Positions 10,203-21,300 of a DNA stretch of 64,000 nt are shown here, one piece after another (position 1 is the stretch's first letter; each line of letters opens with the position of its first letter). The notes below the pieces were generated by a model. The model saw only the letters and a program-made list of their open reading frames with translations, did not search any database and was not told where the DNA came from. The position numbers were made by a program, and so were the translations under genes. Origin of the DNA: an uncultured delta proteobacterium (GTDB lineage Bacteria; Desulfobacterota; Desulfomonilia; UBA1062); NCBI GenBank assembly GCA_963798485.1, contig CAWCTR010000005.1, forward strand, positions 32,001 to 96,000, written 5' to 3'.

Positions 10203-10751
10203 TTACTCTTCCCGGAGGATCAACTTGGTCAGGTCGGGCCTTCCCCGGGGAAGGGTGATGGTTATTTTCGTGCCGGTGGGGCCGTTTTCCGGATCAGCTT
10301 TTGATTTGACCTCCAGTTTCCCCGAATGCATCTTGACGGAGTTGTAGGCTACCGGAAGACCTAGGCCGGTCCCTTCTCCCACAGGTTTTGTGGTGAAGAA
10401 CGGGGTGAAGAGCTTATCCATGTTTTCTCGAGAGATACCGTGGCCGCTATCCTGAATGGTAATGGTAACCTGGTCTTCATTGCCTTCCATGCCGATGGTC
10501 AGCTCGCCCCCTTCGGGCATGGCCTCAACGGCATTGGTCGCCAGGTTGACCAGGGCCTTGAAGATCCGCTCTTCATCAACCCAGACCGAAGGATCTGCAA
10601 TGTCTTTTGTAAAAGATACGGTAACCGCATCCGGTCTTGAGATGCCTTGAATAGCCTTCTCGAGGAGCCGGACAATATCAACCTCCCTGCGTTTCAACCC
10701 CTGCAGTGCGGTTTTTATGTTCTCTTCATAATCTTTTGGGTTCCAGTCCAT
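10203..10751 (-). CDS. Stand-alone HATPase_c domain protein
   Basis: NLATNAVEAM, DSGHGI, PFFTTK, GTGLGL; no H-box domain. Confidence 0.8.
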   Translation of the reverse strand: MDWNPKDYEENIKTALQGLKRREVDIVRLLEKAIQGISRPDAVTVSFTKDIADPSVWVDEERIFKALVNLATNAVEAMPEGGELTIGMEGNEDQVTITIQDSGHGISRENMDKLFTPFFTTKPVGEGTGLGLPVAYNSVKMHSGKLEVKSKADPENGPTGTKITITLPRGRPDLTKLILREE

Positions 10752-10873
10752 AAGGCCTTCTTAAGGAAGATGATCCGTCATACCTTGCCCGGTAACCATT
10801 AGCACCTTTTCCACCCGGTTATCGATTGGTTTTATGGTGATAAATTGAGGTTCATCCGTCTTATGTATAACTT

Positions 10874-12250
10874 TCAATCCTGGAGATACCGATCGAGCAT
10901 GTGTTTGGGGATGGTTTGGGGGAGATGCTGTTTTCTTGCAAAGGGCCTCCTGTGCTCCATAACCCACTCGATCAACCGCACTGAAGATATTGTCCCGTCC
11001 GATTTCCTGAGCTCTTCGCTTACATCCTTGAGACGTCGGTTCATTCCCGTGTTGTTCCTGATCTTCTCTACTGTGCTCTGAAGGGCCTCATCGCTCAGCG
11101 AGTCCATGTCAAGGCGGCATCCCATCCTGAGAAACTCGATTCTTGATGCATTGTCATGCTGTTCACCACCCACCGGGAGAACAATGACCGGCTTCCCATG
11201 ATAGAGCGTTTCATTCAGGGTGTTGTTACCCCCATGACTGATGACAAGATCCACACGGCTCAGCAGCTCGGCCTGGGGTACGGACTGAAAGAGCATGACA
11301 TTCCTGTTATGGCTCTTCTTGGCTATCGCTTCGTAAGAGCCTCCTGCACTCACGATGATCTGGTAGTCCGGATTCCCCTGCAGGGCCTTGATGATTTTGA
11401 GATAGGTCTTCGGCTTGTCATTGAACACCGTCCCTAAAGAGACATAGATCTTGTACTTGTCATTTCTCAAGCCCTCATAGGGGAAGGAGGATCTGTTCAT
11501 ACCCATGTTCATGAATATGGGCCCTACATAGACCGTGTGGGGCTCGAGTCCGCCACGCGGGATGTCTATGGATTCATGGCTTACGATGAGGTTGAGCCAT
11601 GGGGAATGCGGCGACTTCAGCATGTCATTGGCGACAGGCCTCAGCGAGAAGGTTTGTCTTGCCCTGTTGATCGTCGCCTTGAGCCTGCCGCACAGCTCCT
11701 GCTCCTGTTGCTTGTATGATCTCATCAGCGGTGTATCCTGCGCGGATACCGGGAGACCGCTGCCGAACGGCGGGACGTCTTTCCCTGAAAAGGGGAGCCC
11801 GCAGTGGTAGATTGCAGCATAGGGTAATGCATTTATTTCAGCCACCAAAGGAGCGGCATAGAAAAAGAAATCGGCCACGATCATATCGGGCCGGAATTTT
11901 TGTACAAGCCTGTTTATGCGTCTTGTGTAGCTTTTCAGTCCGGAGCTGAAAAGACGTAGCGCCATTTTGGTCTCTTCAAACCCCTTGGTCGATGGAAGCC
12001 TTGCTGCGAAGTATATGTATGGAAGCGGGGGGAAAAGGAGGCGGATGGGGATGCCATGTGAACGGATCTTCTCCGGGACGACTTTCCCATTATAGAACAC
12101 CTTGAACATCTTGATCCTTGGGTCCGCGAGGTTTGATCCCGGCACGATGAACTGTACATCATGCCCATTCTCCTTGAGCTTCAGGGCAATTGACAGAAGA
12201 CTGTTCAGGTGCCCTATGGTCGGGTGTGTGAGGAAGATGACTCTGCTCAT
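10874..12250 (-). CDS. GT1 (MGT/UDP-) glycosyltransferase
   Basis: PTIGHLN, YVSLGTV, VPQ..LL....ISHGGNNT..E...GKPVIVLP...EQ signature. Confidence 0.9.
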   Translation of the reverse strand: MSRVIFLTHPTIGHLNSLLSIALKLKENGHDVQFIVPGSNLADPRIKMFKVFYNGKVVPEKIRSHGIPIRLLFPPLPYIYFAARLPSTKGFEETKMALRLFSSGLKSYTRRINRLVQKFRPDMIVADFFFYAAPLVAEINALPYAAIYHCGLPFSGKDVPPFGSGLPVSAQDTPLMRSYKQQEQELCGRLKATINRARQTFSLRPVANDMLKSPHSPWLNLIVSHESIDIPRGGLEPHTVYVGPIFMNMGMNRSSFPYEGLRNDKYKIYVSLGTVFNDKPKTYLKIIKALQGNPDYQIIVSAGGSYEAIAKKSHNRNVMLFQSVPQAELLSRVDLVISHGGNNTLNETLYHGKPVIVLPVGGEQHDNASRIEFLRMGCRLDMDSLSDEALQSTVEKIRNNTGMNRRLKDVSEELRKSDGTISSVRLIEWVMEHRRPFARKQHLPQTIPKHMLDRYLQD

Positions 12251-12589
12251 AGAAGATCAATCATAGACTTTACCGCCGGTTTCTCCCTCCGAAATACCCC
12301 CATATCGGCCATTGCACATATTCCTCCTCACGCTTTCATCCCCACTATTGGTAAAAGTATCTCAAAGAGGTCTTTATTTCTACAATGGTAAAATTATACC
12401 AGACAAGATGCCTTAAATCAAATTCCCGATTTTTTTTATCACACACAGCATCTTAATAAAACCATCCACAGGTATGTCCTGCAAGATGATCCATAATTGA
12501 TCGGACATTGATTTATCGCCCGGAAGAGGAGATACTTGATTTTGGATCATTAATCCAGGCTTTGAATGAAAAATATGACGGGGGTTGCC

Positions 12590-12618
12590 TTGACAAGATA
12601 GTGGGATAAATATAGAAT
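12590..12618 (+). promoter_or_regulatory. Sigma70-type promoter upstream of the T6SS cluster
   Basis: TTGACA-17 bp-TAGAAT, about 110 bp before ATG 12727. Confidence 0.65.
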
Positions 12619-12726
12619 AACGCATCTGTATATTATTGAAATGCGAAGATGAAATTTATAACCGGCATCACAGAAAATACAATTATCTCTCAGGAGTATG
12701 CACCCCTCTTAGCGGAGCTGTAAGTA

Positions 12727-14833
12727 ATGGCTGATCCCTCATTGCTTCACTATCTCACCGGTACAAAGACACCCTTTTCGCTGGAGTTCGTATCGGGCTC
12801 TAGCGGCCTGAATGCAGAAACCGCCCCCCTGCTTCCCTTTGATATCATCAATGATACCTCTGCCCTGACGCGTATCATCAGGGCCAGGGTGGTCAGCGAT
12901 GCGCTTAGCGTCGTGAAGCAGGTGTTTCTCCTGCTCTCCAGGGACGATTATCCCCTTGCCGGGGCCGGCCTAAGTCCCTTGACCAATATCGATATCGAAT
13001 CCGCCTGGCAGGATGTCTTCCGGAATCACCTCAAGGGTGGTTCTCTCATTGCGCTTTCAGCCCAGGGCGATGAGAAAGGCGGCCTTGAACCGTTCAGGTC
13101 GATCTTCTCCTGTACAAGGGTCGGGCAGTTCTTCCACCCTCCCTGCCCCAAGTGCGGCAATGAGCTTGAAATGTGCCGGGATGACAAGCTCCTTGGCAAG
13201 GCAGGCCTTAAGCCCTATTCGACATCGTTGGCGCGTTACCTTGCATGCCCTGTGTGCAGCCTTAAGGAAGGGGATAAGACCTTTTATGCATATGCCCCGG
13301 ATGCCGCAGACCCTGCCCAAGTAAAGGGCACCTCGGAACTCATCATGGGGTTCGGCTTGCTCAAACAAGGTGATCTGCCCTGCATCCGTTGCCCTGAGCA
13401 CACTGCATGTTATCAGGACAGGCATGTCCTTTCCCTTATTACGCCGGTTGCCTTCTATCCCTTCTATCTGCTCATGTTCGAGGCTGCATCGCTCAATGCC
13501 GGCGACTATCTCTTCCTGCTCTCAGGCGCAGCATTTGAAGAGATTGAACAAACCCTGGATTCACGAAGACAATTCGCCCGGAAGGGGCTTGTAAGCCTCC
13601 TTAAGGATCGCTCTCCCTCGCCGTTGCTGTTCAAAGGCGACGAGCGGGAGTTTCTGGAGATCCTCTATTTGAAGCTCTGTTTTCTAGGCGAGGTTGCAAG
13701 GTATGTCGCCTCAGACGAAAGAAGATTTACCTACCCCGGGTTCGGACCCTCCCTTGAGCGGCTGTGGGTGCAGATCCCTGAACAGAGCAGCCTCCTGCCT
13801 GCCTTTTGGACATTCAAGCTCACGCTCATGGATATGGAGCCGGAGATCCCGGGGGTGCTCCCGTCTGCCGGGTCTGACTATGCAACCCATTGCATGGGCA
13901 TGCTCTGGTTCCATGCCCTGCTGAGAAATCGCTCACAGGATATCCGGGCCATCAACGAGGGGATGGCTCTGGTTTTGAAAGAGAAACAGATTCGCAGTGA
14001 TATGCCCGTGTTCGGTCCGGACAATATCTTCTGGGAGCCCAGGCCTGCGCCGGTGAAGTGGAAAGGGCTCTGGGAAAAGGCCCTTGATATAGGCAGGGCC
14101 CTCCTGGTGGATGCCGGGAATACCGGTTTCCGGCTGGATGAGTTATGGCAGGCCTACCATGATCTCACCGATGAGATCAAAAAGGGGCTGTTCCTTGAAG
14201 CCCCGGCAGCACAGGCATACCCGGAGGCAGTCGGAGAGGCCCGTGGAGAGGCCTCTGGAGAAGAAGGGGCCGATGATACGCAGATAGGTCTCATCCTCAG
14301 GCAGATCAAGTCAAAATGGGCTCAAGCAAAGCCCGTTACACCACCGGATGAAAAACCTGAACACGCCGGCATGCCTTTGCAGCCGCAATCCGCCACAACC
14401 CTCGAAGATGGTGAGGCCACGGTCATCATAACACCGGCTAAACCTTCTGTTCAGGAGGAGGCGAAAGACGAATATTCCCAAACCGTGGTCCTGGCGGCTC
14501 AATCTGAACAACAAGGCACTGCGGTTGCACAAGATGAAGACTTCAGCACCGAGACCATCATCGTGCGGCATCCTGACGCTTCAGCTGTTGCCCCTGTCTC
14601 AGCAAAGGAACCTGTTGACCTGGACAAGACTGTTGTTCTGAACCCCACCCCCTCGAAGGTTCTCCCCAAGGCAAAGGAAGGACCTTTGAAAAGGCCTGCT
14701 GCACAGGAACTTGAAGAGACCCTCATCATGGGCGCCCCTGTGCGGGGTGCGCCGGCTGCTGCACAGGAAAACGCCTGTTTCGGCTGATGATGCCCTGGAA
14801 GAGACCGTAATCCTGAAACCGGAGAAGAAGTGA
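12727..14833 (+). CDS. T6SS-associated Cys-rich protein with C-terminal Thr-motif repeats (+1 frameshift near 14770)
   Basis: Several CxxC pairs; repeated acidic-T-hydrophobic motifs; shifted frame continues TPVSADDALEETVILKPEKK* to 14833 (unshifted ORF stops at 14787). Confidence 0.75.
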
Positions 14834-14866
14834 TAAAGGATAGTGGTGGGCGAAAATGAAGATACC

Positions 14867-14890
14867 TGTAGGAGCGGCTTCAGCCGCGAT
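14867..14890 (+). repeat. GTAG-type REP
   Basis: Exact TGTAGGAGCGGCTTCAGCCGCGAT. Confidence 0.8.
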
Positions 14891-14908
14891 CACTCTGAAG
14901 ATATACCC

Positions 14909-15625
14909 ATGACAAAGACACCACCCATTAAAAGGCTCGCAGACGCCCTCAGGGGTTTTTATATCCAAAGCCCGGACCAGGCACAGGACAAGATCGAGGC
15001 CTTTCTTGCCGAAGAGCTGAAAGGGCTGGCCTTGGGTGAGCGGTTGGATGTCCTTACGCAGCTGGAAAGTATTTTTCCTACTGCAGGTCCGCTCATGCCG
15101 CCAGGCGTGAGCGACGATCTCCTGGACCGTCTCGTACCGCTGCTCCTGGGGAGGGATGTCTCCGGGGACCTGAGCACGCCCGAGCTCTTAAGCAGGCTGG
15201 CGCACTCCCTGAACACCATATTCACCATGCTCAATGAACTCATAGGCCTGATCAACTCAACACTGGGCGGTAACCCGGCAGGCGATGAGACCATCAGGCA
15301 GATCATCGGCACCAGCCTATTGGGGCAAGGTGAAGTTCAATCCATTGAGCAATACCTTGGCCAGATCAAGAAGGCCTTTCTTACTGCCCAGTCCTCATCC
15401 AAGGAGGCCGCGCGCACCATGGGGGCCTATATCATGAGCGAACTCGATCCCAAGGGCATGGAGGGTTCGGGAGGCGGCTTCAAGCTCGGGCCTTTGAAAA
15501 AGGCCGAGTCCTTTGACATCTTTGAAGAGAAGTACAAACGGGTGAAAAAATGGTATGAATCGGAACGTTTCCTGCTGGACTTTCTCAGGCAGTTCGAGAA
15601 GAATTGCCGGAAATCATTTACATGA
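14909..15625 (+). CDS. T6SS-associated protein, resembles the TagH/Fha C-terminal domain without FHA
   Basis: Helical; ELDPKGME..KAESFDIFEEKY..FLRQFE pattern; directly before tssJ. Family call tentative. Confidence 0.6.
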   Translation: MTKTPPIKRLADALRGFYIQSPDQAQDKIEAFLAEELKGLALGERLDVLTQLESIFPTAGPLMPPGVSDDLLDRLVPLLLGRDVSGDLSTPELLSRLAHSLNTIFTMLNELIGLINSTLGGNPAGDETIRQIIGTSLLGQGEVQSIEQYLGQIKKAFLTAQSSSKEAARTMGAYIMSELDPKGMEGSGGGFKLGPLKKAESFDIFEEKYKRVKKWYESERFLLDFLRQFEKNCRKSFT

Positions 15626-15639
15626 ACAGGGGGTGGAAA

Positions 15640-16239
15640 ATGGTAAGGGCTGTTTTAGCGTGTTTCCTCCTTGCTCCCTTCATATTCTCATGCGCGTCCG
15701 CTCCTGTGGAGCCGGTGAAGTGGGGTTACGAGAAGGATGCCATAGAGCTTCACCTCAAGGCCGACAAGCAGCTTAATTATAAGGACAAGAAGGCCCATGC
15801 GCTGGTGATCTGCGTCTATCAGCTCATAAGCCCGAATGCCTTCGACCAGCTCTCCGGAAGCCGGAATGGTCTCTCCAGCCTGCTCGAATGCTCTGTCTTT
15901 GATCCGGCCGGAGTGGCGGTAAGCAAACAGATATTCGTGTCCCCGGGCAAGGACATGGATATAAAGCTGGACAGGGCGGAAGGGGCGAAATATGTGGCCC
16001 TGGTTGCAGGATACTATGCTATTGATAAGGACAAGATCACCAGGCTCTACCAGATACCGGAAGTTACGGAAAGATCGGGATTTCTCTGGTTGAACAAGAC
16101 CACCAGGCCTGACAAGCTCTTAATCAGCCTTATCCTGGGATCCAAACAGATCCAGGATCCTCCTCCGGTTCAGGAAACGAAGTCCCAAAAGGAAACCGAG
16201 AAGGCTCAGGATAAAGATCCCACCAGTCCATCTATCTAA
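15640..16239 (+). CDS. tssJ: T6SS lipoprotein TssJ
   Basis: Lipobox IFSC; ADKQLN..AHALVICVYQL; YVALVAGY. Confidence 0.88.
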   Translation: MVRAVLACFLLAPFIFSCASAPVEPVKWGYEKDAIELHLKADKQLNYKDKKAHALVICVYQLISPNAFDQLSGSRNGLSSLLECSVFDPAGVAVSKQIFVSPGKDMDIKLDRAEGAKYVALVAGYYAIDKDKITRLYQIPEVTERSGFLWLNKTTRPDKLLISLILGSKQIQDPPPVQETKSQKETEKAQDKDPTSPSI

Positions 16240-16254
16240 AAGAAGGGATATATA

Positions 16255-17637
16255 ATGGAAAGACCTCTCTTGTGGCATCAGGGGCTGTTTCTTCAGCCTC
16301 AGCATTTCCAGTTATCCGATCTCTATCATGCCTCGCTCCTGGCCCCCTTGCAGAAATATATCATCCCCCACCTCTGGGGTGTGGCAAGGCTCGAGATCAG
16401 GCAGGCAGCGCTGGGGACCGGGAGCTTCCAGCTCGACATGGGCGAATTCGTCTTCCCGGACATGACCTATGCAGTCATCCCTGACAATGCATCGGTGGAG
16501 CCGCGCAGGTTTGAAAGCGACTGGGTCGATGGGGGCAAGCCGTTCACCGTCTACCTCGGCATACGTAGGTTCAACCCCATGGGTGAGAATGTTACGACAC
16601 TCACGGGCAATGAACACATGACCGGGGTAAATACGCGTTTCATCTCTCCTGCCGCTACAGAGGAGGCGCGGGATCTTCATGAGAACGGGCCCTCCGCTCA
16701 GGTCAGGAGGCTGAAATATTCACTGAAGCTCCTCTGGGAGACGGAAGTAGACTTTTTCGGCGATTTCGAGACTATCCCCATTGCCCAACTCGAAAGACAG
16801 GGTGAGGCGGTTGTGTTGTCGAGCAGTTTCATCCCTCCGAGTTTGAGTATGAATGCCTCGGCAACCCTGGAAAAGGTCCTTAAGGAGATTCGTGACCAAA
16901 TCGCCTCGCGCGGATACCAGCTCGAGGGGTATAAGCGCGACCGGGGTATCCATACCGCTGAGTTCGGGAGCCGCGACATGGTCTATCTCCTGGCGCTGCG
17001 TTCACTCAACCGTTATATCCCCCAGCTCTTCCACATAACCGAATCCTTAAGCCATCCCTGGACGGTGTACGGCCTGCTCAGGCAGCTCATCGGAGAGCTT
17101 TCCAGCTTTTCCGAACAGTATACGGTATCGGGTGACGCCGCTGACGGCTCAAGCGAACTCCCCAAGTACTATCACCTGAACCTCTGGCAATGCTTCTCCC
17201 GGGCCCAGAGCGTGATTACGGCCCTCTTAGACGAGATCACTGCAGGACCGGAATATGTGTTCTCGCTGGTCTATGACGGCACATACTATTCATCAGAGCT
17301 GCCGCCTGCAATTTTCGAGGGCAGGAATCGATTCTTCCTGGTGGTCCAGACCGAGGCAGACGCAAAGGTCGTCCTGAACGCGCTGGCTACAGGGGCGAAA
17401 TTGAGCTCCCGCGAGAACCTGCCCATTCTTATTGTCCGCGCGCTCCCCGGAGCGGGCATAGAACACCTTGACAGGCCGCCCCAGGAATTGCCGAGGCGCG
17501 CAAATGCTCTGTATTTCCAGATCGACCATAACTGCGATCAATTCTCAAGCATCGTCAAGGGCCGCAACATCACCCTGTTCTGGGAATCGGCCCCTGAAGA
17601 CCTCAAAATAGAGCTCATGGTGGTGGGAAGGGGGTAG
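16255..17637 (+). CDS. tssK: T6SS baseplate TssK
   Basis: WHQGLFLQPQHFQ N-terminal signature; RALPG. Confidence 0.95.
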   Translation: MERPLLWHQGLFLQPQHFQLSDLYHASLLAPLQKYIIPHLWGVARLEIRQAALGTGSFQLDMGEFVFPDMTYAVIPDNASVEPRRFESDWVDGGKPFTVYLGIRRFNPMGENVTTLTGNEHMTGVNTRFISPAATEEARDLHENGPSAQVRRLKYSLKLLWETEVDFFGDFETIPIAQLERQGEAVVLSSSFIPPSLSMNASATLEKVLKEIRDQIASRGYQLEGYKRDRGIHTAEFGSRDMVYLLALRSLNRYIPQLFHITESLSHPWTVYGLLRQLIGELSSFSEQYTVSGDAADGSSELPKYYHLNLWQCFSRAQSVITALLDEITAGPEYVFSLVYDGTYYSSELPPAIFEGRNRFFLVVQTEADAKVVLNALATGAKLSSRENLPILIVRALPGAGIEHLDRPPQELPRRANALYFQIDHNCDQFSSIVKGRNITLFWESAPEDLKIELMVVGRG

Positions 17638-17640
17638 GTT

Positions 17641-18312
17641 ATGCACATCAGTGAAATGTTCGTGGATGTTATTGCCTATGTGGTCTACTTTCTAAAGACC
17701 ACTTCCAAGAGGCAATCGCCCTACGACCAGGTGAGGGCGCGAATCCTTCAACTCCTCTCGGAAAGCCAGAAGAGGTCTGTGGATTTTGTGCCCCAAGATT
17801 ATGATCAGGCGCGTTTCGCCATCTGTGCCTGGATCGACGAGGCTGTCATGAATTCCTTATGGAACGAGAGATCCGCTTGGCAGCGCGAACCCCTCCAGCT
17901 GAAGTTCTATCAGACGACGAATGCCGGCGAGCTCTTTTTCGAACGGCTGAATAACCTTGCAGCGCATCAGAATGATGTCCGGGAGGTGTATTACCTCTGC
18001 CTGGCCATGGGGTTCAAGGGGCGCTACGGCAACGTGGAGGACGGATTCCTGCTGGACCAGCTTAAATCCTCGAACCTTAAGGTCCTCACCGGGGCCTCGA
18101 TAGGTCTCCCTTCTCTCAAAAAGGCGGAGTTGTTCCCTGAGGCCTACCCGGTTGAATCTCAAGAAAAGATATCCTACAAGGCCCCCGGCAGGTTTAATCT
18201 GTTAAGCATCCTCATGGCGGCCTTTCCGGTAGCGCTGTTCGGCGTCCTATACCTCATCTATGCCTTTGTTCTGGGCAATGTGAGCAACACATTGTTCAAC
18301 CTTGTACCATGA
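17641..18312 (+). CDS. tssL: T6SS TssL/DotU (short form, no OmpA domain)
   Basis: FAICAWIDE, PLQ, NAGELFF, YYLCLAMGFKGRY, C-terminal TM. Confidence 0.95.
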   Translation: MHISEMFVDVIAYVVYFLKTTSKRQSPYDQVRARILQLLSESQKRSVDFVPQDYDQARFAICAWIDEAVMNSLWNERSAWQREPLQLKFYQTTNAGELFFERLNNLAAHQNDVREVYYLCLAMGFKGRYGNVEDGFLLDQLKSSNLKVLTGASIGLPSLKKAELFPEAYPVESQEKISYKAPGRFNLLSILMAAFPVALFGVLYLIYAFVLGNVSNTLFNLVP

Positions 18313-21300
18313 TAAAACAAATACTTAAATATACCGTAATCGGATTATCGGCCCTTCTTGTCTGCCTTTTTGTGTTCGGTGTCGTGCTGATCCTCAACTG
18401 GCCCTGGTGGGTGGGCTTCTTCCTCCTTCTGGGTCTCATAGGAATCGGGATTGCCGGATATCTCATCAGGCAGATCTGGATCAAGAAGAAAGAGCAGCAG
18501 TTTGTCAGCCGGATCGTGGAGCAGGACGAGGCGTATATAAAGTCCCTGAAAGACGACGAGAAGAAGCACGTCACCGACCTTCAAGCCCGATTTGCCGAGG
18601 CCGTCGCCGCGCTCAAGGGCTCCCATTTGAAGAAACTCGGCAACCCTTTGTATGTGCTGCCGTGGTATATGGTCATCGGCGAGAGCGCCTCGGGTAAGAC
18701 CACGGCCATCAAGAGTGCGAAGCTCAGTAGCCCCTTTGCCGAGATGACCCAAATTTCAGGCCTTTCCGGGACCAAGAACTGCGACTGGTGGTTCTTCGAG
18801 CAGGCCGTCATCATCGACACTGCAGGCAGGTACGCCATCCCGGTCGACGAAGGCCGCGACAAGGATGAATGGCAGCGATTCCTGAACCTGCTGTCCAAGT
18901 ATAGGAAAAAGGAGCCGCTCAACGGCCTCGTGGTCGCGGTTGCCGCAGACAGGCTTCTCGAAGCAGGTCCCGAGGCCCTGGAAGAGGATGGCCGTCAGAT
19001 CAGGCGCAGGGTGGACGAGCTCATGCGGGTGCTCGGCAGCAAGTTCCCGGTCTATGTCCTGGTGACAAAGTGCGACCTCATCCAGGGCATGACCCAGTTC
19101 TGCGGCCAGCTCGACGATGAGATCCTCCAGCAGGCCTTCGGCGCCATCAACCACGATTTATCCATAGACTATCCGGGTTTTATTGCACGTTCCCTCCATA
19201 CCATCCATGAGCGTCTCACCAAACTTCGCCTCATCATCTTCCATAAGCTGGAAGCCAAGTACCTTGACCCGGCCCTGCTCCTCTTCCCTGAAGAATTTTC
19301 ACGGCTGAAGACAGGGTGCGAGGCCTTCATGAAGGGTGCTTTCCATGTGAACCCCTACCAGGAGACCCCCATGCTCCGCGGCATCTTCTTCAGCAGCGGC
19401 CGCCAGGAGGGCACCCCGTATTCGCATTTCTTAAAGGCCCTGGGCCTCATCGAGGACCGCGAGGTGCTGCCCGGGACGAGCAAGGGGCTCTTCCTCCACG
19501 ATTTCTTTGCCAAGATCCTGCCGAAAGAGCGCAGTCTCTTTGCGCCCACGAAGCAGGCCCTTGCCTGGGACAGGCTCACCGTCAACCTCGGGCTCATGGC
19601 ATGGGTGGCCATCGGTATTGCCCTGTGCGGGATGCTGAGCTTCTCGTTCGTGAAGAACCTCGGGATCATGAGGGGGTTCCCTGCTGAGTTTACCAGGCCT
19701 ATAGAACTCAAGGGCGATATGGGGCAGGACCTGGATACTATGGACCGGTACAAAGGTGCGGTCCTTACGGTCCATGAGAAGAACGGGTCATGGTGGATAC
19801 CGAGGCTGGGGCTGACCGAGAGCAGAGACGCCGAGGCCAGGCTCAAGAAGAACTATTGCACCCTCTTTGATGAACGCTTCCTGGCGCTCTATGACAAGCA
19901 GATCGCCTCGGATATCAAGGGTATCGGCGGGGCTGATCCGCGCCTAGGGGAGTATATCGTATACCTCGTGCACCGCATCAACCTCCTGAAGGCGCGCCTG
20001 AACGGCCAGGACCTGGGCCCCCTCTTGTCGCGGCCCATGGTAGCGCTCTCCTCTGCCGGCCAGAGCCGTCAAGGCGCCAAGAGATTCATGGATCTCTATT
20101 CCTATAGGCTTTTGTGGGAAGAGGACGGGGAAAACCTGAAGAAGGAGTCGGACTACCTTGAAGGCCTCCTCACCGAGGCCATGGACAAGGCCCAGAACCT
20201 CCAGTGGATCACAGCCTGGATAAATGCCGGGGCGCCTGAGGCGGCCGTCACGCTGAAGGGATTCTGGGGGGGCAGCATAAACGCTGCAACCGACGTCAGG
20301 GTCGAACCGGCATTCACCCTTGCCGGCAAGGGCCAGATAGACGCCTTTCTCGTAGATCTCGAGTCGGCCATCACCAATGCGTCCGCCATTTCATCCCGGA
20401 AGACCGAGTTCAATACCTGGTATCGCGATACCTATTGCGAGGCATGGCATGCCTTTGGTCTTGGCTTTGGGAAGGGTATGGAGCGCCTGAACGGCAGCCG
20501 GGAATGGCAGGGCCTTGCAGCAAAGGCTGCATCCAAGGATGGGCTCTATTTTTCCCTACTCAAACGCATGGCCGATGAGCTGAGGCCTTTCAACCAGGAT
20601 CCCATGCCCGAATGGATGCGGTTCGTCTACGAATTCGAAAAGACCCAGGTAGTCGCAACACAGGTGCAGACCGGCGCCTTTGCACAGGCCACGGAGACTG
20701 CATCCAAACTCAAGGAAAAGATCCAGGAGAAGATAGGCAATCAAAAGCCCCTCGATGCCGTGGGCCAGGGGTTTGATGCCGCCCGGGCACTGGGTGAGTA
20801 CCAGGGGGCATTGAATAAAATCGCCTCGGTGGTGACCAAATCGAGGGTTTCGGCGTTCCAGACTGCATCTGCCGCATTCAGCGATGACCCGTCAACCTCG
20901 CCCTTCATGGCTGCACAAAGCGCCAGGAGCAGGCTGAATGCAGCGAGCGGCATCCCTGGCGAGGGTTTGTGGCGGCTTGTCTATGGGCCCTTTGAGTTCC
21001 TCTGGGCATATACCTGCCAGGAGACTGCCTGCCATCTTCAAGGGGCCTGGGAGAAAGAGGTACTGGTGGATGTCCAGGGCATCTCCGATACGAGCCAGCT
21101 TAATCAGCTTCTCTTTTCACCTGAAGGACTTGCGACGAAGTTCATCAAGGGACCTGCCGCGCCCTTTGTAAGCAGGGACCTGAGACGGGGGTATTATGCC
21201 AAAGAGGTTTATAGCAGGTCCATACCCTTTGAGACGTCATTTCTGAGATTTTATTCCGGGGCAAAGGTGGGTCTCCCGGCGGCCGCCATGGCCGCTGCAT

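Noticed and set aside
14843-14908. N-terminal extension CRSGFSRD (also in ORF 52827-53012)
   Set aside because: Translation of the REP sequence, not a protein motif.
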